A program made the position numbers and the translations under genes. A stretch of 64,000 nucleotides of DNA from the human T2T-CHM13v2.0 reference genome, Homo sapiens: the NCBI RefSeq assembly GCF_009914755.1, contig NC_060931.1, one strand, 5' to 3'. How positions within the stretch are numbered: the stretch's first letter is position 1; every line of letters starts with the position of its first letter. The notes beneath the pieces are model-generated. The model saw only the letters and a list, made by a program, of their open reading frames with translations. It was not told where the DNA came from and ran no database searches. Shown here piece after piece: positions 26,183 through 43,741 of the stretch.

Positions 26183-27889
26183 GTGAGGACAGGAACCACC
26201 ATGGGTGTTGGGTGTGAAGGCAACTTGTGCGTGACCTCATCTATGGATGCAAATGAATGGATTCTTTTGCGGGTAGGGAGGGTGCAAGAGTTTTTAATCA
26301 ATGTTCTTGAAGCCTCAGCCAATACCGTCACCTGAGAATGGGCTGTCCTTCTGCTCCAGAATTTTCTGAATACAGCTGGGCTTGTGACCCATGTCTTGAG
26401 TGTGAGATATCTGAGACTGATTCATAATTTTGGGGTAAGCAGAGGTTGTGTTTTTGTTACTGCTTTGGAGGATGCTGGGTCTACACCAAGTCAGGCACTC
26501 AGAGCATGGGAACTGGTGCAGTTTCGCATGTGAGAAAGAGCTCATTGGATTTTGTTTATTAATGGGAGGGAAAATCATATTTGTTCCATCAAATATGCCT
26601 ATTTGTGCACACAAAATCATCTTAAAGGCCAAGTATTTGCAAACACATACAAGTGTCTATATTTACCAAAATGCTATGAATGAATCACTCTCCATTCTTT
26701 TTCCTTATTTAACCTGGAGTTGGTTTTCAGCCCTAAAATTGTAGCCCAAAATGTGTGTAACCTTTTCTGTGCCATAGCCAGAAAAAAGCAAGCTGACGTG
26801 TGTGTGTGAAAATTGGCCGGATTTTCCCCATTTAAACCAAAGAAAAGAGTCCAGTAGGATAGGCCGTTACCACAGAGCGTTTATGTTATTCACAATACTG
26901 CTCTCTGTAGGAATTTCTGTTAGCCTCGTCATAAACAAAAACAATATTATTTTGGCAGTAACTCCTGCTGTTAGTAAAATAGCAAACTGTATAATGTAAT
27001 CAGGTGTGGGAAAGAAAGAAATATTTGTGATGGTCCCTTCCAGGTCATAAGAGCTGTGATCCTGGACTTGAGGCGTTTTGCCCTGCCACCCACCAGGGGT
27101 GCAGTGTTTGTGGCTACTCGTTGATTTCCTTTGCACTGAGTTGTTGGTGAGGCTGGCGGCGGGGGGGCAGCAGTTTGGTGACACGAAGTGAACTCTCAGC
27201 GGGAAATCACAGTGCATGATGGCAGATCACCAGGAAAATTAGTGAGGAGAAAAGCAGGTCACAACGTTTCCTTGGCACTGACCCAGTGGCATGCTCTCAT
27301 CACTGAGAGAGGGACTCCACACTGGGTCAGGGAACTGGACTGGGGAGCCCTTGAATGCTCTCCCTGCACTGCTGTGTCCTCTCTTTTGCAGCCTAACTCA
27401 CTCCTTCTGCAAAGTCTTCTTGTGCACAGGTGAGAGCTGTACTCGGCACCGGGAGATATTTATAAAGAATGGCTTGATAATTGTTCTCTTTATCCATAGC
27501 AGCATGGGCGTGTGAATGGGAAATGAGGAGGGGAGAGGCAGGAAAGACAAAGCTGCTTAATTCCTATTATGCTTTCTAGTGGCTCAATTTGGGAGGGGGG
27601 TGATGGATTAGGATCAAAAGTTGGTCCAGTGGGACTGACCAACCAGGCAGCCCCTGCCTGTTTATTATGTCAGTGGTTTCTAAAGTGTGGTCCCCCCTGG
27701 GGACCAGCAACATCAGCTACTGACTCAGAAACTTTGTTTCTGTGTTTTAACACACCCTCCAGGTGGTTCTGATGCACACTAAAGTTTGAGAACCATTGTA
27801 CTAGGTGTTAGGCAATCAGCTGTCCCTCTGTCTCTTGGAAGCCCCTTCCTCTGGCAGGGTTAGTGAATTCATGCAGAACTTTCCAGGTC

Positions 27890-28222
27890 TAGTCGGCCCT
27901 CCATACCTGTGGGTTCCACATCCATGGATTCAACCAACTGTAGATGGAAAATATTCAGGAAAAAAAAAAGTTGTGTCTATACTGAACATGTCGAGTTTTT
28001 TCTTGTCATTCCCTAAACAATCCAGTATGGCAACTATTTACATAACATTTACATTGTATTAGGCATTCTAAGTAATCTAAAGATGAATTAAAATATACTG
28101 GAGGATGTGCATAGGTTATATGTAAATAATATGCCATTTTATATCAGGGACTTGAGCATCATGGATTTTGGTATCACAGGGGCTCCTGGAATCAATCTCT
28201 GCAGATACCAAGGTACAACTGT
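27890..28222. mobile_element. MER2-like (TcMar-Tigger) element
   Basis: gtcggccctccatacctgtgggttccacatccatggattcaaccaact...gcagataccaaggtacaactg. Confidence 0.8.
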
Positions 28223-31129
28223 CATTTTTATTTTCCCCTTTGATTGTTTTGATCATCCTTATAATTATTCAACCTTGTGATATTCTTTCTGACCAAGCGT
28301 TGAGGAGCTTATTCATCTTCTAGGACCTATGAATGTGAAGGGTAGAGAATAGGAGAGTGAGCAAAGACGGCTGGCCTCAGCGCTGGCTCCACCCTGCAGC
28401 CCACTGAGCAGGAGACCTCACGACTCTTGTCCAGTGTGAAGGTTGTCCTGTTTTTTTCTTCTTTGGGTTTCCTAGAGAGATGATGATTTGCTGAAGACAT
28501 TGAACTACTGTCGTCAGGCAAGAGTACAGGAAAAGTTTACCCAAACCCACCAGGGTGTAGAAGGGATCACCTGTAAGTGACTGGGAAGGTGACCCGCACC
28601 GTCACATTCTCACTCTTGGCCAAATGTGTTGGAGGTTGATGGTTCTCTTTGCCTGGTCACAATGGATTCAGTATTCCAGACACTCCTAGCACATTGTTAA
28701 TGTTTAGTAAACATGAACTAATGGACTCAGGGCCTGATCCCCTTCAGAGTAGGGTGAGTGCTTTGTCTGTATGACTGTCCTAGGGTATCAAAAGCTGTCA
28801 CAGAGTAGATCTCGTGTCCTCAATGATAGCAGCACCCATTCTCCAAGAGCTGTGTGTTCGTCCTGATTCACAGAAATCTCTCCCATTCCAATTGTTCCCG
28901 TATTAGTAAGAGGAAATACATTTAGTATGAGCAAGAATGGGTGCAGGTGATTTCTGGGTGGCTCTTATTTACATCCATGTATACCTGTAATAAAAGAGTT
29001 TCCTAACTTTTGGGTATGCCTTCGTGCTTTCTAACAGCTTTCCCATTTACTTGATTTTCCTAGTAAGTCTGGGATGTAGGTAACACTGACTTTTATTAAT
29101 GATTCTTCATCTCTGGGTAAGGAAACTAAAATCAAGTAAGTTAGATGACATGACTCTATCAGGCAGCTCCTTAGTGACTCAGCTGGGACTGCGACCCAGA
29201 CCTTCTCACTTTAGACCTATGCCCTTTGCAAGCATGCTGTGTTTTGTAAGCACGACACCTTTAACCTGCCTCTTGGTTAGACACCCATCCTCTCCCTCAT
29301 CAGGCGCACTTGCTAAATTGTGAGCCAGTCACAGTGTCTTAAATTAAATCCATTGTAAAGGGATTTTAAAGATACCCTTAGGCAGTTCCTTTGCAAAGGG
29401 AATAGCTGGCTGTGAATTTGCTTTAGTAGGTGTGTTTTCTTAGGCTGAAGGGTAGCTGTATGGGATGGGAGTTAGAGTCTTCTCTTTAACCTTCTTACAG
29501 CATGTGTGAGCTATAAGAAACTGTTTTGCAAGTGAGGCGTGAGGTAGGACAGCATTATTTGATAATCATACAGTCACCAGGAGCCTTCAGGGATGCCATG
29601 CTGGTAGCACAGAACTGACAGGTTTCATTAGATTATTTTGCCAAATCTCAGTCTTAGGCAATACTCTTCCTTGTTCGGTATTTATGGAACAAGATTAAAG
29701 GGGAATGTTCCTGCTAAATATGCTTGCAAAATTTGGAGGTAGTCCACATCTGGAATGAAAATTGGTTAATATTTCATTTTTACTTATTTATTTTTTGCTG
29801 GGAAGTCATTCTGTTTTGAGAGTCTCTTTGGTTATTGAAAGTATAAACCCTAAGGGAGCTGAAAGATAATCTCCAAAAGAAATAAGAAGATTTAACATCC
29901 CACTTGCTCATTTTCCCCGTGGCCTACATAAGAAGAGAACTTGAGTGTCAAAGTCTTTAGCCCTGTAATGGCTTAAATCAATTTTTTTGCCACATGTCTG
30001 TGATATCAAAGCACAAGGTGGATTAATGCCTAGCAACAAGCACTGATAGTGAAAAAAGATTTTACTTTATTAGACTTGATTAGTAGGATCAATATAAACA
30101 TATCCCATCTTGTCATTTGATTCATTCATTGAAAAATATGTATTGAATGTCTGCTGTGTGCATATATAAGCTAATTTCAGGGATCAGCTTGGCCCTGTTA
30201 CTTACCAAACTTAAGTCAATGTAGATTAGTTTGTGTGGCCCAGCCTCAAAACAGTCTAGTAAACCTAGAGTTTTGGGGCAGGTCAAAAGGAGTGATTGAT
30301 ACATGGTTGTATTTTTCTCATATGAACAATAGGCTCACCCTGGGAGGTTGAAGGGTGGGTGGATGCAGCCAGACGTAACATCTGGGGACAGAATGCCCAT
30401 CAATCCTCTTAAAGTAGAAATTGTGAAATCCATTTTGACACTTTTGGAAACTGAGGCTCTGAGAGGTTAAATAGCATCTGTGTGGCCTTCAGAAATGCAG
30501 ATATTGGAGTCAGGATTTGAAGTTTGTCTACTTTCAAAGCGGAGGGATTAGGCCAGATTAGGCGTGTCTTTTCCCAAACTCCATGCCCTTCTGCTGCCTC
30601 TGACTCCCAGCCCACCCACATTTCCTCCCTGCCTTTGGCTGGCCAGGTATCAGGGTCTTGGGGAAAAGGAGGGCTTCCCTACAACCCTGAGATTGTGTCA
30701 GGCCTCTGGGGGCCTCTGTTTTTTCCCGTTTTTGTTCCTCTAAAGGATGGGGCTTGAGGCCAGAGGTAGAGCCAATCCAAAAGGCGTCAGGGCTCCTCCA
30801 CCCAGCCCCTCAAGTGTGAGTCTGTGACCTTGGGCCTGACTCCAAGATCAAGTTCCAGTTTTCTGAGCCAAGGAACTCTAAGGTGTTTCTAAATAGAAAG
30901 ATGGTCGGTAGTAAGAGTGTTGTGGATTTGTAAGAGAAGACAGTGTGAATGCAGGGAACTTCCAATGTAGGCAGAACTTAGGGTTTATCTCACTAAAGGG
31001 AAAGGTGTGACTTTTGTTTTACAAGGAAGCTGGGCCCATTTTGGGTCTGATTCCAAGGTTCTTTGGGAGTTTGATGGTGTTGATTTTCCCAGGGGCTATC
31101 CATTCCTTTCTTATTCACTCATTCACCCA

Positions 31130-31810
31130 TCCATCCATTCATTCATTCAGTTAGCAGATCTGTTTGGAGCTCTCACTAGGTACCAGGTTCTGTATCAGGC
31201 TCTGGTAATAAAGTGGAGAACAAGACAAAGTCCCTGCACTCATGGAACTTCTGTTCTAGGAGGAAAGACAAACAGGTCAACACACACATCAATCATTACA
31301 GATAGTGGTGCATGCTGAGGGTGATGGAGGTGAGGTGAAGAGAAGCCTATTTAGATGGGGGTCAAAGAATGCCTCAGCTGAAAGCTGATGGATGAGAAGA
31401 AGCCAGGCACGGAAGAAGCCAGGGAAAAGAATGCTCCATGGAGGAATTGGCAAGTGCAGAGGCCCTGAGAGTGCTGGCTCCAGACAGAAGGCCAGAGTTC
31501 TAGAGTGGCGGGTGGGTGGGGCCGCAGAGCAAGGCCAGGCCAGATCAGGTGGGGCCTTCAAGACTTCTTGTAACAGCAGGAGGAGGCCACAGAAGGTTAG
31601 AAGCAGAGGCTGAAGAAATGACCTCTTACCAGATAGTCTGACTGCTGGGAGGTGGTGGGGGGGGGGGGGGGGGGCGTGCATGGAGAGGGTCCTGGGAGTT
31701 GAGTGAAGAAGCTGTTGCAGGATTCAAGCTAAAGGCAATGATCTCTGGGGAGATGGGGAAGTGGGCAGAGATGAGAAGCCTTTTAGAGGTAAAAACTGGC
31801 AAGACTTGCC
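31130..31810. mobile_element. L2 remnant containing a G18 run (31657-31674)
   Basis: cattcattcattc L2 tail, acaaagtccctgcactcatggaactt. Confidence 0.6.
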
Positions 31811-32705
31811 TATATTGTGGATAGTGTGAGATTCAGCAGGTAGCTTGTTTGAAATGCTCTGAGGTTTCTATGAGATAGGTGCAGAGGCATATATAATAAG
31901 AAATCCTGGGGCTGACACACATGCCTCTGTATTATTTTAACATGATGCAAGGTGTTCACCTTACCCTTCCCCTCAGCCACAGCTGTGTCCTGGGTGTGGG
32001 GTCTTACTTAGGTCCATAGCAGATGGAGTATGAGGCCATGGTCTGCCCTCAGCAGATGGGGCATCTGACAAGGCCACATATTCTCTTCAGCATCAATGAC
32101 AAATAGACCCAGGGCTTGCTCTGGGGACTTTAGGTGACTATTTCTATCAGGAGAGGTTCGCATACATTCAGTTCAACATTGAGCAGCTACTTTGTGCTTA
32201 CTACCTGATGAGGTCAGAGGCATGGGTGCAGGAAGACCCCACTTTGTGGTCGGGGGCTCACCGTCTCAAGGACATACACATTCAGCAGGTATTTCCAGGA
32301 TGATGTGTGGGATGAGGGAGGATGTGAAGCTTGCTAAGAGACCTGAGAGCACAGGGACTTGGTCGCTGTCTGCTTGGCTCTGCAGGTATGTGAGACCTCA
32401 GCATTCGGTCAGGGATGAAGGGAAAGGACCAAGTCAGGTGGATGGGTGGTTGGAGTCTGAGAGGAAGGAGTGTAGTGGCGTAGTGACAATTGAGGCTGAA
32501 AGTCAGCATCCACCCTCCCCCATGCACACACACGGCTGAGGAGGGGGAGGTCTGGGCCCTCCACTGAGGCTTATGATCCAAAATACTCAGACAGGAACAT
32601 GGCAGCCTCCCACACAAGGCTCCTCACAGTGAGAGAATCCGGTATACAAATGCCAAGCTTATAAGCAGGAAGGTGTGTGTCATTTTAATTTCAAAATGAC
32701 CTTCC

Positions 32706-32902
32706 CCAGCCTGGGAAACATAGCAAGACCCTATTGCTACAGAAACTTTAAAAATTAGCTGAGTGGGGTAGTGCGTGCCTGTAGTCCCAGCTACTCAGAA
32801 GGCCCAGAAATTCAAGGTTGTGGTGAACTGTGATCATGCCATTGTTCTCCAGCCTCAGTGACAGAGTGAGACCCTGTCTCTCTCAAAAAAAAAAAAAAAA
32901 AA
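32706..32902 (+). mobile_element. Partial AluJ-like element
   Basis: Alu right arm with A-tail. Confidence 0.85.
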
Positions 32903-33349
32903 TTACTCTACCTTACAAAGGATTTTATCCCAGAATTCCCTAATAACAATCAGTGTCAGTAACAAATAAAATGATACATTTTACTGAAATTCTATTTGCT
33001 CATCATGGACATCCTGGTTTGTGTGTGGTAATTTATACCTGGGTAGAATTTCACACTGATGACTTCTCATATCATAACATCCAGGAAATACCACAAAAAT
33101 GTCCTGCTCTACCTGACAGGCTGTTAGTCCTCATCAAATATTTAGGAATCTTAGCAGCTTCCTCACCCTCCTTCTCATGAGTGTTGTACACATGCCAAAG
33201 TTCTTATGTAATGTCTTGATTGACAGCAGCCAAATTGCTGAACTCAAGTGGCTGGGAACCCTGGAGAGGTGTGCTCAGAGTAAACATTTCATTATAAAGG
33301 GAAGTGTGGAATCCTTCTTGCAGACTCTTGAATAAAGAAAGCCTGGGTT

Positions 33350-33679
<330 letters not shown>

Positions 33680-34582
33680 CTACAATTCCCCAACTAATAT
33701 TGATTTGTTGTTTGTTTCCAACGAGCCCTTGTTTCCTGTGAATTCTATTTTGGTTCAGCCGTTACCTGATTAAGCTGTTAAGCTGGGCCTTAAATTGTTT
33801 TACCTAGAGGCTGCTGTATACTCCTGAAATGCAGTGCTTAAGCGACAGTACGTTGTTCCCATTGCCACATTTAAGGTTGCACGTGCTTTGGATGTTCTAC
33901 GGATCTGAAGTCTTGTTTGCTCACCCCAAAACTGGAGAATAAAACTAGTACTTTGTCTTTTTCAGCTTATGCTAAAAGTGGGAGGTCTCAGGTGGGTTGT
34001 TGTTTTTTAAAAAATATCTATCCAATATCCTGTTTAAAAAAAACACTTCTCTAGAGTATATTTTCTGTTAAGCAAATTCAGTCTAATTTTTTTTTAGCAG
34101 TTTATGTTTCTTGAATGGGAAAAAGCCAATATTTGGGTGACATTAGGCCTTGGTCTTAACTGCCAGTGGTCTCAGGGCTCCTTCCTTCCTTTCTTGGTGG
34201 GCAGCCTCTGTGGCTTCAGATTATTGTGTTGTTTTATGGGTAGGTTTTTTTTTTTCCTTTTCAAAGTGATTCCCAATCTTTTAAAGTTTTAATTTGAGGA
34301 CTCATTTCAGATAGCAAAATACTTCATGTCCCTCTACTCTCCCTTACTCGATGGTGTACTTTTAGTGTCCACTTGGTGGTAGAGGTTGTGCTAGAACAAA
34401 AACAATGATAATTAACACTGACAGTTGCTGTGGCTGAGGGCCATAGCTAAGTTACAGATACAGAAGAGATGGCTCAGCGAAGCTGAGAAATTTTACTGCT
34501 TTCGGAGGGTGGAACTTGGATTATAATCCAAAGTCTTTGCAGTTAGACTCCAAAGTTTGATGATAAAAAGCTGTTCTGTTCA

Positions 34583-34910
<328 letters not shown>

Positions 34911-35679
34911 TCAGAGTAGTTGTATTTCATTCATCACCCAGACTGCATTCTAGGCTAGATGCTTTCTTAACCAGCTTGGCTTGGGTTCCCTAGGTTATGA
35001 TTTTTCGTAAGTATACTGATATATAATGATATCATCATGTGTCTACGAACATATGTATTTGTCTTAGTGTTTGTCTTTTCAAAGTGGAGCAAGGATATTT
35101 GCAAAGCAAACTGATTGCAGGATACTATATTTTTTATGACTTTTCTGTCTTTTATAATTGTCTTAACCACACTTATTTTGACAGCAATTTCTTAAACAAC
35201 TTGCTTTTTAAGAAGCTTTTCAAGTATCCATCTTCGTTTTCTTAGAAACAACTTATCTTTCTGCTCATGCTTCTATTTCACCAGTTGACAACCACATTTT
35301 AGGAGATCATGGTAATATGTGCAACTGACATAAACAGTTTAAGGACAGGCACAGTTGACTCTCTGGTAAGCACATGATGCCCTACTCACAGCTGATCAAG
35401 CCAAGTGTACTCATTGCACCATGGGCATCCATCAACTTGTTTTACAAAGGGAATGGGGACACTTTGGTAGGTCCCTTGAGTGGAGGTTGGTTAGGATAAC
35501 ATCTATTATGTTTTTTAAAAAGGTTACTGTTGTACCCACGTTGTTTATTTAAGCTAAATTCAGTGTTTGTTCTACATGTTTATTGTAGACCCCAACAGGT
35601 AACTGCAGGTGGTTACTGACCTACCATTCTTTCCTCTAGGAGATTGACTGAAAAAGTCAATCTCTGGAGAAGACAGTCA

Positions 35680-36790
<1,111 letters not shown>

Positions 36791-37398
36791 TTTATGAAGT
36801 CAAGAATTTGACTCATAAATTGATAGTTTGACTCAAATTGATACATTGTCCAATTTCCCCTAAAAAAGTCTCCTGCAACTTTTAGAAATAAAAACAATGA
36901 AGTCCTAGTGAGCTTTTATTTTGATTTAATACCTGTGCTAGTCAGCATTTTCTTCAGCAATGCAGATGAACTGCTCGGAGAACCGATGAATACTGTAAAC
37001 GGAGAGGGATTCAGGCAGGGGGATGGGACTAGATGGCTTATAAATACCTTTCCAAGTTCATGACTCCACACTGTCTTTTAAAAATGGGCTGAATTGAATT
37101 TTAAAGTCTGATTCTTAAAATATTAAATACATGTCCACACAAGTGAAACTGCACAAGAAACTGTGGTATTACAGTATACCTTTGCTGAACTCAGTTTAAC
37201 GCCAGGCAAGACTGTTTGGAGTTGATTTGTAATTGTTTGTGTTATGTTAGTTTGGATGTCTCCTGAATTTGTAACAAAAAATGCAAGTAGTTGTTAGATA
37301 TTGTTAGAATTTCAGCTTAGAAAAGGAGTTGCTTCTATCTTTTAAACTTTGAGATAAATTTTATTAAAAGCATTTGAAATTACAAAATGGATGTTTAA

Positions 37399-37580
<182 letters not shown>

Positions 37581-37884
37581 CAGGCTTTCTTGTCATTGGT
37601 CAACCTAGGCAAGATAAACTGGATGAAGTATGAGAAATGAGACTGTGAGATCACCCATAACCCCTAATTTCAAATACAATATTTGCATTCATTCAAACTG
37701 CTGTGGTATTTTGATTGATTAATTCTGTTAGTTAAGATTATATATTTAAATATATAAATTTCTTTCAAATCACAAAAGTCCCTTCCAATCCTGAGGCTTT
37801 TTCCGCAGAGAGGGAAAATGATCACTGTTACTACCAAATACCCTTGAATACTGAGAAGGAAGAGTGGCTGTTCCTATAGATAAG

Positions 37885-38260
37885 ATGTGTTTGGTTTTTA
37901 GGGCTGCCATAATGAAGTCCCACAGACTGGGGGGCTTCAACCACAGAAATGATTGTCTCACAGTTCTGGAGGCTGGGAGTTTGAGATCAAGACATTGGCC
38001 AGCTTGGTTTTTTCTCAGTCCCCTTTCCCTGGTTTGCAGATGACTGTCCTTTCCCTGCGTCTTCACATGGTCTTTCCTCTGTACCCAAAATCTCTTCTTA
38101 TGAGGTCACCAGTCATATCAGATTAGAGCTTACCCTGATGGCCTTCTTTTACCTTAATCAACTCTTTAAAGGCCCTATCTCCAAATACAGTCACATTCTG
38201 AAGTACTGGGGATTAGGGCTTCAACACAGGAATTTGGGGGGACACAATTTAGCCCCTGAC
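37885..38260 (-). mobile_element. MLT1-type MaLR LTR
   Basis: tctcacagttctggaggctgg...ccaaatacagtcacattctg...gacacaatttagccc. Confidence 0.8.
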
Positions 38261-38714
38261 AAGATCATTTAAGAAAAATTACCCAGGGGTTTCCTTCTGG
38301 GCAGTTTGTGAGCAACTTGCTCCTCTGAGTTTTTTCTGGAGGGATGACGATTTCAAAGTACTTGTTTCACAGTTTAAATGATAGAGAAAGCTGCATTTGA
38401 GTTCCTGGAGTGACACACTGCTCTGCCAAGGGGAATGGCTTTCTTGTCGGGCCATAGTAGATAGGGTCCAGCTCTTAGGGCGTGGACCCTTGCACTTCTC
38501 TCCTTCAGATTTGCTAGTCTGAGTTTTCCTCTGAAATGAGAGCAGTGACCTGGAGCCTTCTACACTGCCACCCCCACGCAGCAGCCTCCAGTTTGCCAAG
38601 TTCTTTGCTTGCCCTTGGCTACAGGTAATGTTGATGCTAAGTTTGCCAAACCCTGGGCACTGGGCACCAATTTCAGGTAGAGATTTAGTGCCATTTAGAA
38701 CATAGTGCCCTTTA

Positions 38715-38932
<218 letters not shown>

Positions 38933-39471
38933 CATAGTGCCCTTTAGAATTGCTGTGGAAGGGCGAGATTCAGAGTGACCCCTGTGAAGCCAACCCAAGT
39001 GGGGCTTTCCCTGACTTCTATGGTTAAGCACGCCAGCTACGGGCTCCCCTATCAGCATGTATTTCCCCTGTCACGACCATCCCTCTGTTGTAATTGTGTG
39101 TTGGTGCTGTCTGCCCTGTGGACTGAGGGTTTCATAAGGGCAGGAGCCATGCACATATGGTGGAGTTTTGGCACAGTAGCACTCAGGAATTTGTGGAAAG
39201 AATAAATGACCACTAACATTTATTGAGTATTTATTTTACCCCACATGCTGTTGCCTTGATATTCATTAAGTGAATGCTCACACTACTTCAGTGAGGTGAG
39301 TAAACTATGTCCACTTTACACATAAGGAAACTTAAAGAATATAAGCTGACTTGAATGAAGTGACGTACTTGGTGAAACTGGAATTACCCAGCGCCCAAAC
39401 TCTTTTAGATGCAGAGGTAGCAAATCCATAAACTTGGAAATGGGGCCAAAAGATTAAGAAAGGGGACAGTT

Positions 39472-39834
<363 letters not shown>

Positions 39835-39964
39835 TTAACTGGGGGTAAAGGACCCTGTCCTCTTGGGGGTACTGCCCTGCAAGCGCTTTAGGAAGTCATC
39901 TGATTCAATTTGAAGATTTCCTTCTCCTCATCCCAGGATTCTGGATATTGCTTATAAATTGTAT

Positions 39965-40560
39965 AGTATGTGACATTTTGTGCCTGACTTTTTTACTTAG
40001 CATGATGTTTTCGAGGTTTATCCGTGGTGAAGTGTGTATCAGTATTTCTTTTTCTTCTTAATAGTTGAATAATTTTCCACTATATAGATGTACCACATTT
40101 TCTTTATCCATTCATCAGGTGATGGACGTTTGGGTTGTTTCCACTTTTTGGCTATTATGTGAATAATGCTGCTAAGAACATTCATGTACAAGTTTTTATG
40201 TAGACATATATTTTCATTTCTTTGGGGTATATACCTAGGAGTGGAGTTGCTGGAGTAATTTTTTGTTTATTTTATGTTAATTTAAGTTTAACTTTTTGAG
40301 GGACTGCCAGATTGTTTTCCAGGGTGGCTGCACCATTTTACATTTCCACCAGCAATGTATGAGGGGCTATTTCTCTACATCCTCATCAACAGTTGTTATT
40401 GTCTGTCTTTTTGATGAAAGCCATGCTAGTGGGTGTGAAGTGGTATCTTGTTGGGGATTTAAATTGCATGTCCCTAATAACTAATGACGTTTAGCATCTT
40501 GTCATATGTTTATTGGTTATTTGTATATCTTCTTTGGAAAAATGTCTATTCAGATCTGTG
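39965..40560 (-). mobile_element. L1MB-like 3' end
   Basis: Reverse L1 3' motifs (tctttggaaaaatgtctattcagatc). Confidence 0.85.
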
Positions 40561-41122
40561 TGGGTCATTTTCAAACTTGTTTCTAAGCTGAAAAAATACA
40601 AGGTATCTTTGTGTTGATTTCCTTTCACTCCCTCTTCCCCTCTTCCTCGCCCCTTAGTCATGGAGTCATTGTACCAGGACATAACCTGGAATAACTGTTT
40701 TGTAATAGGAAAAAGTACCCAACATCCTACAGAAACAAACCCCGCATCTGGGAAGGAGCCTGGAGAACTTCATTTGGGATGCTTCATGAGTCTGGCTGGA
40801 ATGTTCTGTCTGAACTGGGCTTAAACAATGTCCTGGAGAAGTATTTGGTGTCCTCTGGTTTTCACACTGAAGTTATGCATTTTTGATGGAAGTTTAGCAC
40901 TTTTTTTATCAAAAGCCAAAATATAATGGATAGTATGCCAGGTGAGCTTTAGAAATTTCATCAAAATAACTCCAATGAGAGGTGAGCTCTGGCAATTTCA
41001 TCACAATATCTGCAAATCACAGGCCCTTGGGCCAGGAAATAACCTTGAAGGAACACCTTCCATAGATTGCTGCCGGCATCCACAAATGACATTTTCTATG
41101 TACGTTCAAAATTATGTATTTT

Positions 41123-41485
<363 letters not shown>

Positions 41486-41919
41486 TCATTATGCTCTTCT
41501 CTTCATGGAACCCTGTATCAGTCATTGCAGGGACCTGCTTCTCTTTGGTTTCATGTTAAAAGTGTCTTTTTTTTTTTTTTTCAGAGCTCCCCTCAAGAAA
41601 GATTAAATTATCTTTTTTTCTTCTTCCCCCTCCCATAGATTCCAAGTGCAAAGTATTACATATATGCCCTTAGACATCACCTTAAAAAATATGTCTAATC
41701 TATAAAAATGCTGTGTTCTTAAGATTTCCAGCTAGTTTTGGCTTCTGAATGTTGCTTGGTCATTCACCATAGATTACCTGTTCATCCCCCCGACCACAAT
41801 GGAGATCCAGTCCAATGTTTAAGTGTCCTTATTACCATATCATTTCTGTCTCCTTCCATCTTATCTTCTCACTCGGAGTAGAATAGTTTTAGTTCATTTT
41901 ACTTTTTTCCATGCTTCTT

Positions 41920-42297
<378 letters not shown>

Positions 42298-43519
42298 TGA
42301 ATAGATACACAAAAATGAGTGGACCCAGCAGAAAAGCCAAAACTCATGTTGCTGGCTTAAAACAAACCAAAAAACATATATGGTGACTCTAAATTATAAG
42401 TGTTTAAAATTAATTTCACTTGTACAAAACAACTCCAGCAGTAAGTCAGACTTTATCAGGCTTTGAGATCAAAGCCCTTGGAATTATCTTTCATAGTTCA
42501 GACATCATTGATTGAATCTTGTTTTACTAAATCTTTCTTGCTTCTCACATCTCCATGGATTTGTATGTGTCTGACCACAGACATATGTCTGTACGTGTCT
42601 CCACCCACAGAGTGTCTGAGTGTGTGTGAATTATAAATATACCCATCTTTCAAAATAGATCTTTATCTTTGGTGTTAATTGTGTCTTTGCTTCTTCCACT
42701 TTCACAGTGAGTAAGTATAGTTGGGAAGTGTACCTATATATACAGTTGGCCATATACTGCCTCTCACTCATTAATTGTAAGCTCTTCTCTGTAGTTAGTT
42801 TCAGCCAAGCTTGTTGGTAGCTGGCATCTGATTCAGTTTCAAAGCAACCTGCCTGATGGCTGCTAACATCAGAGTCAGGTGCCATGACCTTGGTGTTTTA
42901 CATAGTTCAAGACCAAACTGTGAAGTTCATTTTTGATGTCCAGGAGGGGACTTCACTTTTTATATGAAATATTTAAAACATAAAAAAATGCTTATAGATG
43001 TTTATGTTAAATATTTATACATACAATATAAATAATACTTGGGCCCTTTTTCTCTGTCTTGTCAGTGTATTTCACTTTCTTGGGGACTCAGGGCTCTTCT
43101 GTCTTACTGTGGTGTTATGATATACACTGGTTTTTGTCCACGATTCCTAGCTCATAACTGCCATATCCCTAGTTACAGTCTTTTGTTATAATGTTGGGCG
43201 TGTTAAGCCTCAGGAAAGTAGAATCTCTCTTCTGCCTTTCTTTCACCTGCCTCAAGGTAGGACTCTAATCTTCCCCTCCTTTTTGATTGTGGGTCTTTTC
43301 CTAAGACCCTCCCCTGAGAGGGGCCTGTCTCATACCCTGAGAGAAGGAATGCTTTCATAGAAACCCAAGAGGACTGGGTTCGAGAACTTCCAGATGGCTG
43401 AACATGTGGAGGTTCCTAGAGGGCAGAGACCCAGGGAGGGCATGGAAGCTCTGTGCCCCTTCTGCCGTACCTTGCCCTATGCATCCCTTCATCTGTATCC
43501 TTTCCAGTATCCTTTATAA

Positions 43520-43741
43520 CAAGCTTGTCCAACCCATGGCCTGCAGGCTGCATGCAGCCCAGGATGGCTTTGAACACATCCCAACACAAATTTATAAACT
43601 TTCTTAAAATATTATGAGTTTTTTTTTTTTTTTTTTTTTTTTAGCTCATCAGCTATCATTAGTGTTAGTGTATTTTATGTGAGGCCAAGACAATTCTTCT
43701 TCCATTGTGGCCCAGGGAAGCCAAAAGATTGTACACCTCTG
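43520..43741. mobile_element. MER30-like hAT MITE
   Basis: Perfect 8-bp TSD ctttataa at 43512-43519 and 43742-43749. Confidence 0.85.

Noticed and set aside
26183-26186. ORF-track end of EEPD1 as a complete 293-aa protein
   Set aside because: The stop lies in the intron 2 donor; the canonical protein continues in exons outside the window.
27085-27106. CTCF-like motif ccaccaggggtgcagtg
   Set aside because: The core spacing deviates from consensus by an extra base; too weak to call.
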